A stretch of 64,000 nt of DNA. Origin: an uncultured Planctomycetales bacterium. GTDB taxonomy: Bacteria > Omnitrophota > Gorgyraeia > Gygaellales > Profunditerraquicolaceae. Shown in pieces: positions 48,839-57,544 of the stretch. Every line of letters begins with the position of its first letter. The stretch's first letter is position 1. Location: contig CAZAPM010000003.1 of the NCBI GenBank assembly GCA_964487475.1, forward strand, positions 62,778 to 126,777, read 5' to 3'. A program made the translations under genes and the position numbers. The notes under the pieces were generated by a model, which did no database searches, was not told the DNA's origin, and saw nothing but the letters and a program-made list of their open reading frames with translations.

Positions 48839-49531
48839 CTAAGTGCCCGCCGGCAGGCCCAGCACCGGCGCTCCGCTTCTATAACGGTATGTCCCGAACA
48901 TCCTATCCCAAAAAGAGAACACGCTGCCGTAATTCGAATCTGTCTCCGCGCGTACCGTCGAATGGTGCAGATGGTGCATGGCCGGGGAGACCACCAGGGC
49001 GCGCAGCAGCGCGTCCGATCCTGACGGCAGCACTACCCGGCTGTGATGAAAGAAGATCACCGGCTGGAACAGCGCAAAATACGCCACCAGCGCCGGCCAG
49101 GAGACCCCGGAAACCGCGCACACTCCCAGGTGCAAAACCGCCGAGATCGCGATCTCCAGAGGATGGAAACGCAGGGCCGTGGTCACGTCCATCTCCGCGT
49201 CCCGGTGATGCATCCGGTGCAGCCGCCAGAGCCAGGACACACGATGGTTCGCCCGGTGCCACCAGTACATCCAGAGATCCAGGAGCACACACGCAACCAG
49301 GAACTTCACCCGGGGATCCCCCGTCCACCGGGCCAGGACCCCCGGCTGCGCGAACGCCTGAGGGAACAGCGCATACACGGAAAAAGTGATCGCGCCACCC
49401 GCCGCCGCGACCGCAAGATTGGCCGCCGTGTGCCGCCCCCACTTCGGCCAAGGACGCTGCGGCAGTATCATCCTGTCGGCGCCCAACAAAAGGCAGAATA
49501 TCACACCCGGCCAAGGAGAAAGCTCACTCAT
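48839..49531 (-). CDS. Fatty-acid hydroxylase/sterol-desaturase-family membrane di-iron enzyme
   Basis: His boxes HRANH, HRMHH and HHLHH are present. The start is uncertain. Confidence 0.7.
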   Translation of the reverse strand: MSELSPWPGVIFCLLLGADRMILPQRPWPKWGRHTAANLAVAAAGGAITFSVYALFPQAFAQPGVLARWTGDPRVKFLVACVLLDLWMYWWHRANHRVSWLWRLHRMHHRDAEMDVTTALRFHPLEIAISAVLHLGVCAVSGVSWPALVAYFALFQPVIFFHHSRVVLPSGSDALLRALVVSPAMHHLHHSTVRAETDSNYGSVFSFWDRMFGTYRYRSGAPVLGLPAGT

Positions 49532-50282
49532 TAAGCGTCCAGTCGTATTTCGTGTACCGCACCCTCCACGGCGGCCCAGGATCGCGCAACGCATCCGCCG
49601 CTTCCTCCGGAGCGTAGCGGGAGATGAATTTCAACAGCTCCTCGGTAGAGCCTCCGAAATCCGACCTGAACCAGGCAAAGACCGGGGAAATAGAGGCGAT
49701 CCTCCTCCCCGCATCGAATGAGTTCTTATGCGCCTGGGCCAGGAACCGCTTCCCCTGGTCTTCCAGCTGCGCATCGAGGATATCGCCCTCGTACGCCTCG
49801 CTGCGCAAAGGAGGACAGCCCTTGGCCGCGCACACGAGCGCGAAGTGGATGCGGGCGTCGCGGAAACGGGGCCGCATGATCTTATGTTCGATGAAAGAAA
49901 GAGAAGTGGTGCGGCCGTTGACCGTGACCAGGGGCTTATCCCATACCGTACGCCTGACGACCATGCCCAAAGCCAGACCTCCGGTATGCAATTCGTTGAT
50001 ACTGCGGAGGGGATAATGGTCGCAGATGATCTTGATGGTCCAGGCATTATATACGTTGATCCAGAAGGCGAGCTTTTCCTTATCCGTGCCCAGCGTCTCC
50101 GGGTCGATGCGGGCCGCTTCGGCGAGGTAACGGCGGAACCGCCCGTCGCGGCACACGCTTGGGTAATCCACCGCACCGTCACGGACATGCTCCTGCAATA
50201 CCGCGGTAAAAAGACCGTGCCGCGGCTGAGCCAAGGCACATACCGGCCACAACAGGACCGCTGCCGCGGCCGCGCGTATCAT
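49524..50282 (-). CDS. DUF547-domain protein, secreted
   Basis: Signal peptide MIRAAAAAVLLWPVCALA and a DUF547-like core (..FWINVYNA..). The start at M25 is supported by an ATGA overlap with the GT2 stop. Confidence 0.65.
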   Translation of the reverse strand: MIRAAAAAVLLWPVCALAQPRHGLFTAVLQEHVRDGAVDYPSVCRDGRFRRYLAEAARIDPETLGTDKEKLAFWINVYNAWTIKIICDHYPLRSINELHTGGLALGMVVRRTVWDKPLVTVNGRTTSLSFIEHKIMRPRFRDARIHFALVCAAKGCPPLRSEAYEGDILDAQLEDQGKRFLAQAHKNSFDAGRRIASISPVFAWFRSDFGGSTEELLKFISRYAPEEAADALRDPGPPWRVRYTKYDWTLNE

Positions 50283-50968
50283 TTTTCCGGACATGTATAC
50301 CTCCTGGCGAGCATTTCCGGTGATACCCCGCAGAGATACTGCAGGATAAGCCATCCGTTGCGCAGCTGCTGCCTGAACACCCCCCGCTGCACGAACTTAC
50401 GGCCGGAAGTGACCACTTCCCAGGGAAAGGAAACGATCCTGGTCCGACGGCGGGCACGGCGCAGCAGTTCCACATCCTCGAACAGGGGCCATTCCGGGAA
50501 TCCCCCCAGGGAAGAAAAAAAAGTCCGCCGCACTACGATGACCTGATCGCCGAAACGGGTCCACAAAGAATCGAACCGCGTGAAGAACCCGCACCATCGC
50601 AGGAACCAGTGATCGACGTCAAAACGCAGCCTGAAGGTTCCTATCTGCAGGCCGGGAGAAGACAGCGCGCGGGAAAGGAATGCGCCGGTGCCCGGAGGCA
50701 GCACCGTATCGGCATGCAGGAAGATCAGCCACTCCTCTTCGGCGCCCTGTGCCCCGGCATTACACTGTCGCCCCCTTCCCGCGGCAACAGACTTCACCTC
50801 TGCGCCTGCCTTTCGCGCCAACTCGACGGTCGCATCACTGCTTCCGCCGTCAGCCACCACCACCCGGGCGCAAGGAGCTTCGGCGCGCACCTGCGCCACG
50901 CATCCGGCAATGCGCGATCCTTCCTCCAACGCCGGGATCACGAACAACCAATCCCTACCCTCGCCCAT
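50279..50968 (-). CDS. Family-2 glycosyltransferase (small soluble GT-A; TIGR04283-like)
   Basis: 229 aa GT-A fold with an acidic motif (VVVADGGSSD..) and an ..LHADTVLP.. region. It co-occurs with a DUF2064 gene and a rSAM gene. Confidence 0.75.
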   Translation of the reverse strand: MGEGRDWLFVIPALEEGSRIAGCVAQVRAEAPCARVVVADGGSSDATVELARKAGAEVKSVAAGRGRQCNAGAQGAEEEWLIFLHADTVLPPGTGAFLSRALSSPGLQIGTFRLRFDVDHWFLRWCGFFTRFDSLWTRFGDQVIVVRRTFFSSLGGFPEWPLFEDVELLRRARRRTRIVSFPWEVVTSGRKFVQRGVFRQQLRNGWLILQYLCGVSPEMLARRYTCPEK

Positions 50969-50974
50969 TATATC

Positions 50975-51003
50975 ATTATAACAAAGAGTTATTGCTTGAG
51001 CAA
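50975..51003 (-). promoter_or_regulatory. Sigma-70 promoter TTGCTC -17 nt- (TGt)TATAAT positioned for a leaderless or near-leaderless GT2 transcript
   Basis: The minus-strand sequence is TTGCTCaagcaataactctttgtTATAATgaTATAATGggcgag. The ATG at 50968 lies ~7 nt after the first -10 hexamer. Confidence 0.45.
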
Positions 51004-51030
51004 CGTAAGTCTAGGGAGTACAATACGTTC

Positions 51031-51837
51031 ATGAGATCGCTCCTTCTTCTCTCCCTTTTCCTCGCGCTTCACCCCGGCAACGCAACGGCCCAGGAAACCT
51101 GCCCCGCCCACTACCTTTCCGAAGGGGAAGCGGTGTACGTCGAAAAAGGCTCCGGCCGGCAGCGTTCCCGGACGCATTTCACTTTCTCCCGGGAGAATGC
51201 GGAAGGACGCATCCGTTATACCCTTGACCGGTATGGAGAGGGCTCTTTCGGCCGCTTCGACAACGTGCACTGGCATGCGCACGCGCAACTGGAAGAGCGC
51301 GAAGGGTTCCTCTCCCCCTTGCGCACCGAGATCACCATAAGGGACAGGAACAACGCCCTGGTATCCAGATACGAGAAAGAGTTCGATTACGCCGCACAAG
51401 AGATCCGCTGGATCGGATACGGCCCGCAGGGTTCGGCCGTCAAAAAGGCCTCCTTTCCGCTGAAAGGCCGGACCGCCGATGACATCACCCTCCCTCATTT
51501 CCTGAAACCATATGCCGCGCGTGCAGGCGACCCGCAGTACGCGTCATTCTACCTGATCACCAACGAACCGAGACTGTACAAAACCGACATCACGCCTCTC
51601 GGTACCGCCACCCTCTCCCTCCCTTTCGGGGATATCCCGGCGGTCAAGCTCAAGCTCACCGGGGACATGGGGATCATGGATGAAATACTGGACCGGTACG
51701 TACCCGCGACGTACCTGTGGTACGAAGCCGGCACGGACCACGACTGGCTGCAGTACGAAGGATTCGAGACCGGCTTCGGGTCAACCGGAGTGGTCGCCCG
51801 CCTGACCCGGCAGAAGAAAAAGTGCCTTACCCCCTGA
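51031..51837 (+). CDS. Secreted hypothetical protein
   Basis: 268 aa with signal peptide MRSLLLLSLFLALHPGNATAQE. The long upstream extension of ORF 50680 is antisense shadow. Confidence 0.6.
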   Translation: MRSLLLLSLFLALHPGNATAQETCPAHYLSEGEAVYVEKGSGRQRSRTHFTFSRENAEGRIRYTLDRYGEGSFGRFDNVHWHAHAQLEEREGFLSPLRTEITIRDRNNALVSRYEKEFDYAAQEIRWIGYGPQGSAVKKASFPLKGRTADDITLPHFLKPYAARAGDPQYASFYLITNEPRLYKTDITPLGTATLSLPFGDIPAVKLKLTGDMGIMDEILDRYVPATYLWYEAGTDHDWLQYEGFETGFGSTGVVARLTRQKKKCLTP

Positions 51838-52141
51838 GCGCGGCGGCGATCTCATCCGCCAGTTTCTTCCTGTCAAAAAGCGGATGGGCATGGCTGAACT
51901 GGTAGAACTTCTTCCCGTTGACCATGATGATCGGAGGATGCCATGCGCCCCGGAATAAACAATACCAGATATTATCCAGCCAGGGCCTGACCTCGAAGGT
52001 CACCGGCTGTCCCGGATATCCTTCTTTGATCATCTTCTGGAGTACCGAAGTAGTCAGATCGCACTCATTGCATCGGGAGCGGATCCGGAAGATCCCCCAC
52101 TTTCCCGCCCACTTATACTGCGTGACGGTTACGCTCGCCAT
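51827..52141 (-). CDS. Small CxxC protein, hypothetical (thioredoxin-fold-like candidate)
   Basis: 104 aa with a CNEC motif near the N-terminus (..RSRCNECDLT..) and a second Cys pair later. Confidence 0.5.
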   Translation of the reverse strand: MASVTVTQYKWAGKWGIFRIRSRCNECDLTTSVLQKMIKEGYPGQPVTFEVRPWLDNIWYCLFRGAWHPPIIMVNGKKFYQFSHAHPLFDRKKLADEIAAALRG

Positions 52142-52793
52142 ATAACTGCCTCCTGGTATGCATTGCCCGTCCCGTTCCGGATGACCGGACCAGCCTGCGC
52201 TTCAGGCGCTTAAGCGACTGCGGATCATCCACGTCATCCCATAACGGGAGCATCCTCACCCTTAACCCCAGCCCGGCGGCATTATCCCTGATCCGCTGCG
52301 CCACGGAAGAGGTGCTCCAGACGATCCCCCGGAAGAGACGCAGCGGAAGATCATACCCCGCAACGAGGTAAAACCCGCCGTCGCGGCAGGGACCGAGCAC
52401 CACCTCTCCCTCACGCACCAAGGATACGGCTTTCTGCAAATACCGTTTCGGCAAATCCGGCGCATCGGACCCGATCACCAGCGCCCCCGCCTTCTTCCGC
52501 GCCGCCCAGACGAACGCATGACGCAGCCGCTGCCCTAACGCAGCGCCCCTCTGCGGAAAACACTCCCAGCTTTTAGCCCAGGCGCGCAGCATCCTGGGAT
52601 CTCCCGCTTCCGGCGCGTATGCCAGCGCGTGCATCCCCCGGGACACTTTGCGCACCAGTGCGACCGTATCCCGGAAAAATGAAGCGTATAACCTCGCGGC
52701 ATACGCGTCGCGCGCTCCGGCAGGAAAAAGCCTGGTCTTGACCTTACCCGGCACCGGCTCCTTCGCGAACACGATCACATACGACGAAGACAT
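52113..52793 (-). CDS. DUF2064-family protein (TIGR04282-like, nucleotidyltransferase/GT-like fold)
   Basis: The start at MSSSYVIVFAKEP matches the family N-terminus. Later motifs ..GSDAPDLP.. and ..GPCRDGGFYLVA.. are present. Confidence 0.75.
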   Translation of the reverse strand: MSSSYVIVFAKEPVPGKVKTRLFPAGARDAYAARLYASFFRDTVALVRKVSRGMHALAYAPEAGDPRMLRAWAKSWECFPQRGAALGQRLRHAFVWAARKKAGALVIGSDAPDLPKRYLQKAVSLVREGEVVLGPCRDGGFYLVAGYDLPLRLFRGIVWSTSSVAQRIRDNAAGLGLRVRMLPLWDDVDDPQSLKRLKRRLVRSSGTGRAMHTRRQLYGERNRHAV

Positions 52794-52794
52794 A

Positions 52795-54135
52795 TCAACC
52801 GGCCTGCCGGATCCGCTCCAGATACGCCTGCATATCGTATTTCCTTTCCAGCCCCGCCGCATTCATGTAACGGACCTTTCCGAACACGGGCCGCGTAGGC
52901 CAGGCCCGGTCATGCATCCCGAAACACCAGGCGATCCCCGCATACCCGTTCGGGTCGCGGCCGTCCAGCTCATACTTGTCGTTAAGGTACACCAGCGCCG
53001 AGAACGCCTCTTCTGCGGTGCGGGACCACTCCAGCACCTTTTTCCCCCAATACATGCGCATATACCCGTGCATCAATCCCGAACGCATCATCTGCTGCTG
53101 ACAGGCGTTCCAGTACGGATCATGCGTATGCGCTTCTTCCAGCTGGGATAAAGAATACACGTACGGCCTCGGGTCGCGCGCATGCTCCTCCAGCGTATTG
53201 GCCGCCCACTCCGGCAGGCAGGCCAAAGAATCATACCGGGGAGTGTACAGGCAGAAATTATCGGAGAGCTCCTTGCGCACGATGAGCTCCTCCAGAAAAG
53301 CCTCCTTGGCCGCGCGGGGCACTAACGCCTTCTGCACGGCCAATGCCACCCTCTGGGAAGCGATGTGCCCGAAATGCAGGTACGGGGAAAGTCCGGAGGT
53401 AGCTTGCAGCGCGGGATCGTTCTTGCGGAGAGGATAATAACGCAGCTGGGTCCTGATAAAATACCTGAGCGCGTGCGCGGCAGCGGCTTCGCCGGGGACC
53501 GGCCCGGGATCGGGTGCGGCGCGCACTGCGGCGCCAGCCTTCTCCCACGGCACCGAGTCACAGGAGCACTCCCCGGTATACGGATGGATGATCAGGCCGG
53601 GAAAGGAGGTAAGGAACTCCGCCAGCCTCTTATGCAGCTTCGGACGCAGCGTATACGCCCCGTACTCCGCCTTTGGAGAGACTTCCTGGCAGGGAACGAC
53701 ATTGTGCGCATCCACCTCATAACACGGCAGACGCACCCTGGAGACCACCTTCTCCTGCCACTGGCGCTTGATGCGCAAAGGGTCGAAATCCATCACCAGC
53801 GCGCCGGCGCCAAGCTGCGAGAGGGCCGCCGGGACTTCCCGCGCCGGGTCCCCGCAGCGCAGGAAGAATCCGATCCTGTGCGCACGGAGGGTCGCTGCGG
53901 TCTCCTGCATACCCCGGAGGAGAAAGTCGAAATGCCTCGCCTGGGCGTGCAGGAACTCCGGCACCAGGCAAAAGACCACGCACAGCGGCGCCTGGGTCTC
54001 CAGGGCCAGTTCCTGCGCGTACAGCAGCGCCCAGTTGTCGTGCGCCCTCTGGTCGCGGCTCATCCAGTACACCACCGCTCCCGGGGTGCGCTGCCCTATC
54101 CTGCGCTGACGGATACGTGAAGGGTGTACCGGCAT
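52795..54135 (-). CDS. Deoxyribodipyrimidine photolyase, class II
   Basis: 446 aa with the class II N-terminus (..GAVVYWMSRDQRAHDNWAL..) and an FAD-binding C-domain. Confidence 0.85.
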   Translation of the reverse strand: MPVHPSRIRQRRIGQRTPGAVVYWMSRDQRAHDNWALLYAQELALETQAPLCVVFCLVPEFLHAQARHFDFLLRGMQETAATLRAHRIGFFLRCGDPAREVPAALSQLGAGALVMDFDPLRIKRQWQEKVVSRVRLPCYEVDAHNVVPCQEVSPKAEYGAYTLRPKLHKRLAEFLTSFPGLIIHPYTGECSCDSVPWEKAGAAVRAAPDPGPVPGEAAAAHALRYFIRTQLRYYPLRKNDPALQATSGLSPYLHFGHIASQRVALAVQKALVPRAAKEAFLEELIVRKELSDNFCLYTPRYDSLACLPEWAANTLEEHARDPRPYVYSLSQLEEAHTHDPYWNACQQQMMRSGLMHGYMRMYWGKKVLEWSRTAEEAFSALVYLNDKYELDGRDPNGYAGIAWCFGMHDRAWPTRPVFGKVRYMNAAGLERKYDMQAYLERIRQAG

Positions 54136-54144
54136 CGGCGTTCC

Positions 54145-54903
54145 TTACACACCCAGCGTAGGGATATACTCCCGCAGGGCGCGGATTCGATCGTCCACGA
54201 AGGGGTGGGTGCGCAGGTATTGCATCACCCGGATATTCGGCCCTTCCCCTTTTTTCAGTTTCTCCAGCGCCGAGAAGGCAGCCTGGGGAGGATACCCCGC
54301 GCGATGCGCATACTTTGTCCCCAGGCGGTCGGCTTCGAACTCATCCCCCCGGCTGTAACTTAACTCCATCAGGCCGTACACGGCGGAGGCACCCGTGAGC
54401 GCGCCCTGGGCTTTCTCCGACTTGTTTCCCAGCGCGGCGAAGGCCACCGCCAGCAGCGACTGATACGCCATGTTCGCCTGCATCTTCTTGGCGATGTGGC
54501 GCGCGGCCACATGACCGATCTCATGGCCCATGACGTACGCCAACTCATCGTCGGAGAACGCTTCCATCAGCCCCCGGTTGACGTACACGTATCCTCCGGG
54601 CAGCGTCACGGCATTGAGGGATTTATCCTCGATCACGCCGAAGGTATAGGCGATATCCTTGCGGTCGGAGTGCGCCGCCAGTTTCATCCCTATCCTTTGC
54701 GCCCGCTCCTGAAGCCGCGCATCCTTGGAAAGCGGGTACTTCTTGGTCATCTCCGGGAGCACCTCCCGGCCGATGGCCGACTCGGTGGCGCTGTTGATGA
54801 AGATGAACTCTTTCCTGCCGGTCGCGGGATTGTACAGCGTGGCGCATCCCGAAAGGAACACGCATACCGCCAGAACCGCAGCGAAACGGGCGCGTCCTAC
54901 CAT
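54145..54903 (-). CDS. M48-family Zn-metalloprotease lipoprotein
   Basis: Lipobox (..FLSGC) and an HEIGH (HExxH) motif with a downstream Glu. Confidence 0.85.
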   Translation of the reverse strand: MVGRARFAAVLAVCVFLSGCATLYNPATGRKEFIFINSATESAIGREVLPEMTKKYPLSKDARLQERAQRIGMKLAAHSDRKDIAYTFGVIEDKSLNAVTLPGGYVYVNRGLMEAFSDDELAYVMGHEIGHVAARHIAKKMQANMAYQSLLAVAFAALGNKSEKAQGALTGASAVYGLMELSYSRGDEFEADRLGTKYAHRAGYPPQAAFSALEKLKKGEGPNIRVMQYLRTHPFVDDRIRALREYIPTLGV

Positions 54904-55247
54904 ACCAACTGGATGATGGTATCGTCCGCGACCATGAAGATATTGAGCGCGAACATGGCCTCCCCTTTCTTCACGGACACGTTATAGGTATTCTCGCCTT
55001 TGCCGCCCAGCACGGTATACCCCTGATCCTTGAAGAACTGCTCGTAGAAAGCGACCACCTTATCGAACTGCGCCCGCACCGAATAGTTCACCACCCGGGA
55101 ATTCTCTCCCGCGCCGGTCCCGGACTTGAACTTCGCTGCTCCCGCGTACAACGGCACTCCTGCCGCACCGATCACCACTTCTTCCGCGCAGGCCTGGCCT
55201 GCCAGACATACTACCGCGACCGCAACCGCCAATGCTGCCTTCCTCAT
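54897..55247 (-). CDS. Small secreted protein (116 aa), ATGA-coupled to the upstream P-type-ATPase-like gene
   Basis: Signal peptide MRKAALAVAVAVVCLAGQACA. The start is supported by an ATGA overlap at 55244-55247. Confidence 0.55.
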   Translation of the reverse strand: MRKAALAVAVAVVCLAGQACAEEVVIGAAGVPLYAGAAKFKSGTGAGENSRVVNYSVRAQFDKVVAFYEQFFKDQGYTVLGGKGENTYNVSVKKGEAMFALNIFMVADDTIIQLVW

Positions 55248-57277
55248 CTCCCTGCCTCCCGTATACGCAAGGTTCTCGCCTCTGGCGTAAGGCCCAACGC
55301 CGCCGCCAGCACTCCTATGCTCAAAAGATTGGTCCATGTCAATTGCCAAGGGGAAACCGGCACCTGCCAGGCGAATACCGCGGCAGCGCACAACCCCAGC
55401 GCTTCCGCCAGGAACACGCCCATCAGGAGAAACGCCGCGCGCCTGGACCGCAGGCACAGGGTCCGGCTTTGGAGAAGCACGGATACCACGGCCGCAAAAC
55501 TCTCGTCGGGAAGCACGATATCCGCCGCTTCCTTCGCCAGCTCCGCGCAATTCCTTCCCGCCGCAATACCCACCTCGGCCCTCTCCAGGGCCAGCGCGTC
55601 ATTGACACCGTCCCCGGTGACCGCCACGACATGCCCCTTGCGCTGCAGGGCTTCCACGATACGCACCTTGCGCAGCGGCTCCAGCCGGGCACAGGCCCCG
55701 ATCCGGTCGATCGCCTCCCACAACGATTCGTCATTGAGCTGCATCAGCTCGTTTCCCGTACACGCCTTTGCCGGGACCAGCCCCAACCGTTCCGCCAGCA
55801 CCGTCGCCGTCCATTTACTGTCCCCGGTGGTCATCAGGACGCGGATACCCGCCTGCCGGCACTGCGCCAGCGCAGGCAATGTATCCGGGCGGACAGGATT
55901 GTCCATTGCCGCCAGACCTGCCAGGACCGCCTTTCCCTTCAGGTTCTCCTTCTTAAGCGTGCCGAACTCGACCGGATACTCCACGTATGCGAACGCCAGC
56001 ACCCGCATCGCCTCCTGCGCCATCAGCGTGTACGCGCAGGCTATCTCCTGACGCCTGGCCTCATTCAGCTCCACTACCCCCTCGGGCATCTGCACGAACG
56101 CGCAGAAGGAAAGCACCTTTTCCACCGAACCTTTCAGGTACGCGACACGCATGCTCCCCTGACGGTGCAACGTGGCCATGTACTGCTTTTCGCTCTGGAA
56201 CGGTATCTCCCCCAGGCGGGGAAAGGTATCCTCCAGTTTCTCCTTGCTCAATCCCGCCTTGGCCGCCGCCACCACCAGCGCTCCCTCGGTAGGATCCCCC
56301 GCGATCGCGGTATCCCCGTTGGCCGCCATCAGCAGCGCGTCATTGCATAACGCGGCGATACGCAGCGCGCTGATCAGGGGCAGTTCATGACGGATATCCG
56401 CCGGCTGGCCGTCGATGCAAAACTCGCCCTTGGTCTCGAATCCCGTGCCGCTGACCTCGAAGGACCTTCCGCCGGCGAACATGCGTTTTACCGTCATCCG
56501 GTTCGAGGTAAAGACGCCTGTCTTGTCCGCGCAGATGACGGAAACCGCGGCCATTTTCTCCGCGGTCGAAGGCAGGCGCCGCAGCCATACCAACATCGCC
56601 GGCAGCACCACCGCCGCAGCGCCGGCCATCGTACCGGAAAGATTGGCACCCCGCAGCGCCCCCGAGACGACCGCCAACGCACCGGATGCCGCGATCAGGA
56701 TCATGATCGCGTTTCCCGTTTGGCTGCAGCGTTTCCCCGGAGGTAAACGCTTCGCCTTCGATCTTACGATCGAGCCGGCGATGCGTCCAAGCTCCGTATG
56801 CATCCCGGTAGCCGTGACCACCGCCGTCGCCCTGCCCGAGGAAACCGTAGTCCCCATGAACACCATATTCATCCGCTCGAAAAGCGCTGCCTCGGGAGAG
56901 ATCTTCTCCGTGCGCTTTTCCACGGGCATGGTCTCGCCGGTAAAGGAAGACTCGTCTATCTTGAGGTTGGAAACTTCCAGCAGCCTGGCGTCCGCCGGGA
57001 CCTTATCTCGGGGCTCGAGCAGAAGGACGTCCCCGGGGACAAGGTCCCGGGAACCGCACTGCATCACCCTTCCCTGACGACGGACCTTCGCCCTGGAGGT
57101 GATCAAGCCGGAAAGGAACTCCCCGTTATATATCCACCTGCGGCGCAAAAGCAGATTGTACCCGTACTCCCTCCTGCGGCGCAACGCCTCATCGTGACTC
57201 AAACCTTCCTTGCGGGAATCCAAGGCCAGAAGCGTTTCCTCAAGGGAGATGGAAAAATAAGAATCCTTATTGCTCAT
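55244..57277 (-). CDS. P-type-ATPase homologue with a reduced membrane domain (TM3-TM6 only) and degenerate ion-site/phosphorylation-loop motifs
   Basis: 677 aa. Recognisable parts are the Cation_ATPase_N (..YGYNLL..), the A-domain (TGET for TGES), DKTGVFTSN (for DKTGTLTQN), the N-domain, MTTGDSKWTA and VTGDGVNDALAL. The TM1-2 segment is replaced by ~20 aa, PEGL is absent from TM4, and the protein ends after TM6. Confidence 0.7.
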   Translation of the reverse strand: MSNKDSYFSISLEETLLALDSRKEGLSHDEALRRRREYGYNLLLRRRWIYNGEFLSGLITSRAKVRRQGRVMQCGSRDLVPGDVLLLEPRDKVPADARLLEVSNLKIDESSFTGETMPVEKRTEKISPEAALFERMNMVFMGTTVSSGRATAVVTATGMHTELGRIAGSIVRSKAKRLPPGKRCSQTGNAIMILIAASGALAVVSGALRGANLSGTMAGAAAVVLPAMLVWLRRLPSTAEKMAAVSVICADKTGVFTSNRMTVKRMFAGGRSFEVSGTGFETKGEFCIDGQPADIRHELPLISALRIAALCNDALLMAANGDTAIAGDPTEGALVVAAAKAGLSKEKLEDTFPRLGEIPFQSEKQYMATLHRQGSMRVAYLKGSVEKVLSFCAFVQMPEGVVELNEARRQEIACAYTLMAQEAMRVLAFAYVEYPVEFGTLKKENLKGKAVLAGLAAMDNPVRPDTLPALAQCRQAGIRVLMTTGDSKWTATVLAERLGLVPAKACTGNELMQLNDESLWEAIDRIGACARLEPLRKVRIVEALQRKGHVVAVTGDGVNDALALERAEVGIAAGRNCAELAKEAADIVLPDESFAAVVSVLLQSRTLCLRSRRAAFLLMGVFLAEALGLCAAAVFAWQVPVSPWQLTWTNLLSIGVLAAALGLTPEARTLRIREAGR

Positions 57278-57441
57278 TGTCCCTCAAAAAAAATCCCTGC
57301 GACTTCTCGTCAACAGGGTTATAACTTCATATCCGGTCCTCAAGTTCATACGCTCAATTTCCATAACTACTTCAATTATATTGAGTATCCTTCATCTGCG
57401 CAAGCATTATATTGCGGATAGGAAATCACACCGTTGAAGGA

Positions 57442-57470
57442 TGGTAATTCTACCAAATATGTGATATAAT
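57442..57470 (+). promoter_or_regulatory. Candidate promoter for the REC gene: TGGTAA -17 nt- (TGa)TATAAT with extended -10
   Basis: A consensus extended -10 (gTGaTATAAT) with a weak -35, ~75 nt upstream of ATG 57545 in the AT-rich spacer. Confidence 0.45.
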
Positions 57471-57544
57471 TATACTGTAAGGCATAATGCCTAACTGGTG
57501 TAAGTTGTAAAATTCAAGAACAAAAAAACGAGAAAGAAGTAATT

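Noticed and set aside
50680-51030. Long N-terminal extension of the plus-strand ORF 50680-51837.
   Set aside because: The extension is antisense to the GT2 gene and Pro/Arg-rich. A canonical signal peptide begins at Met 51031.
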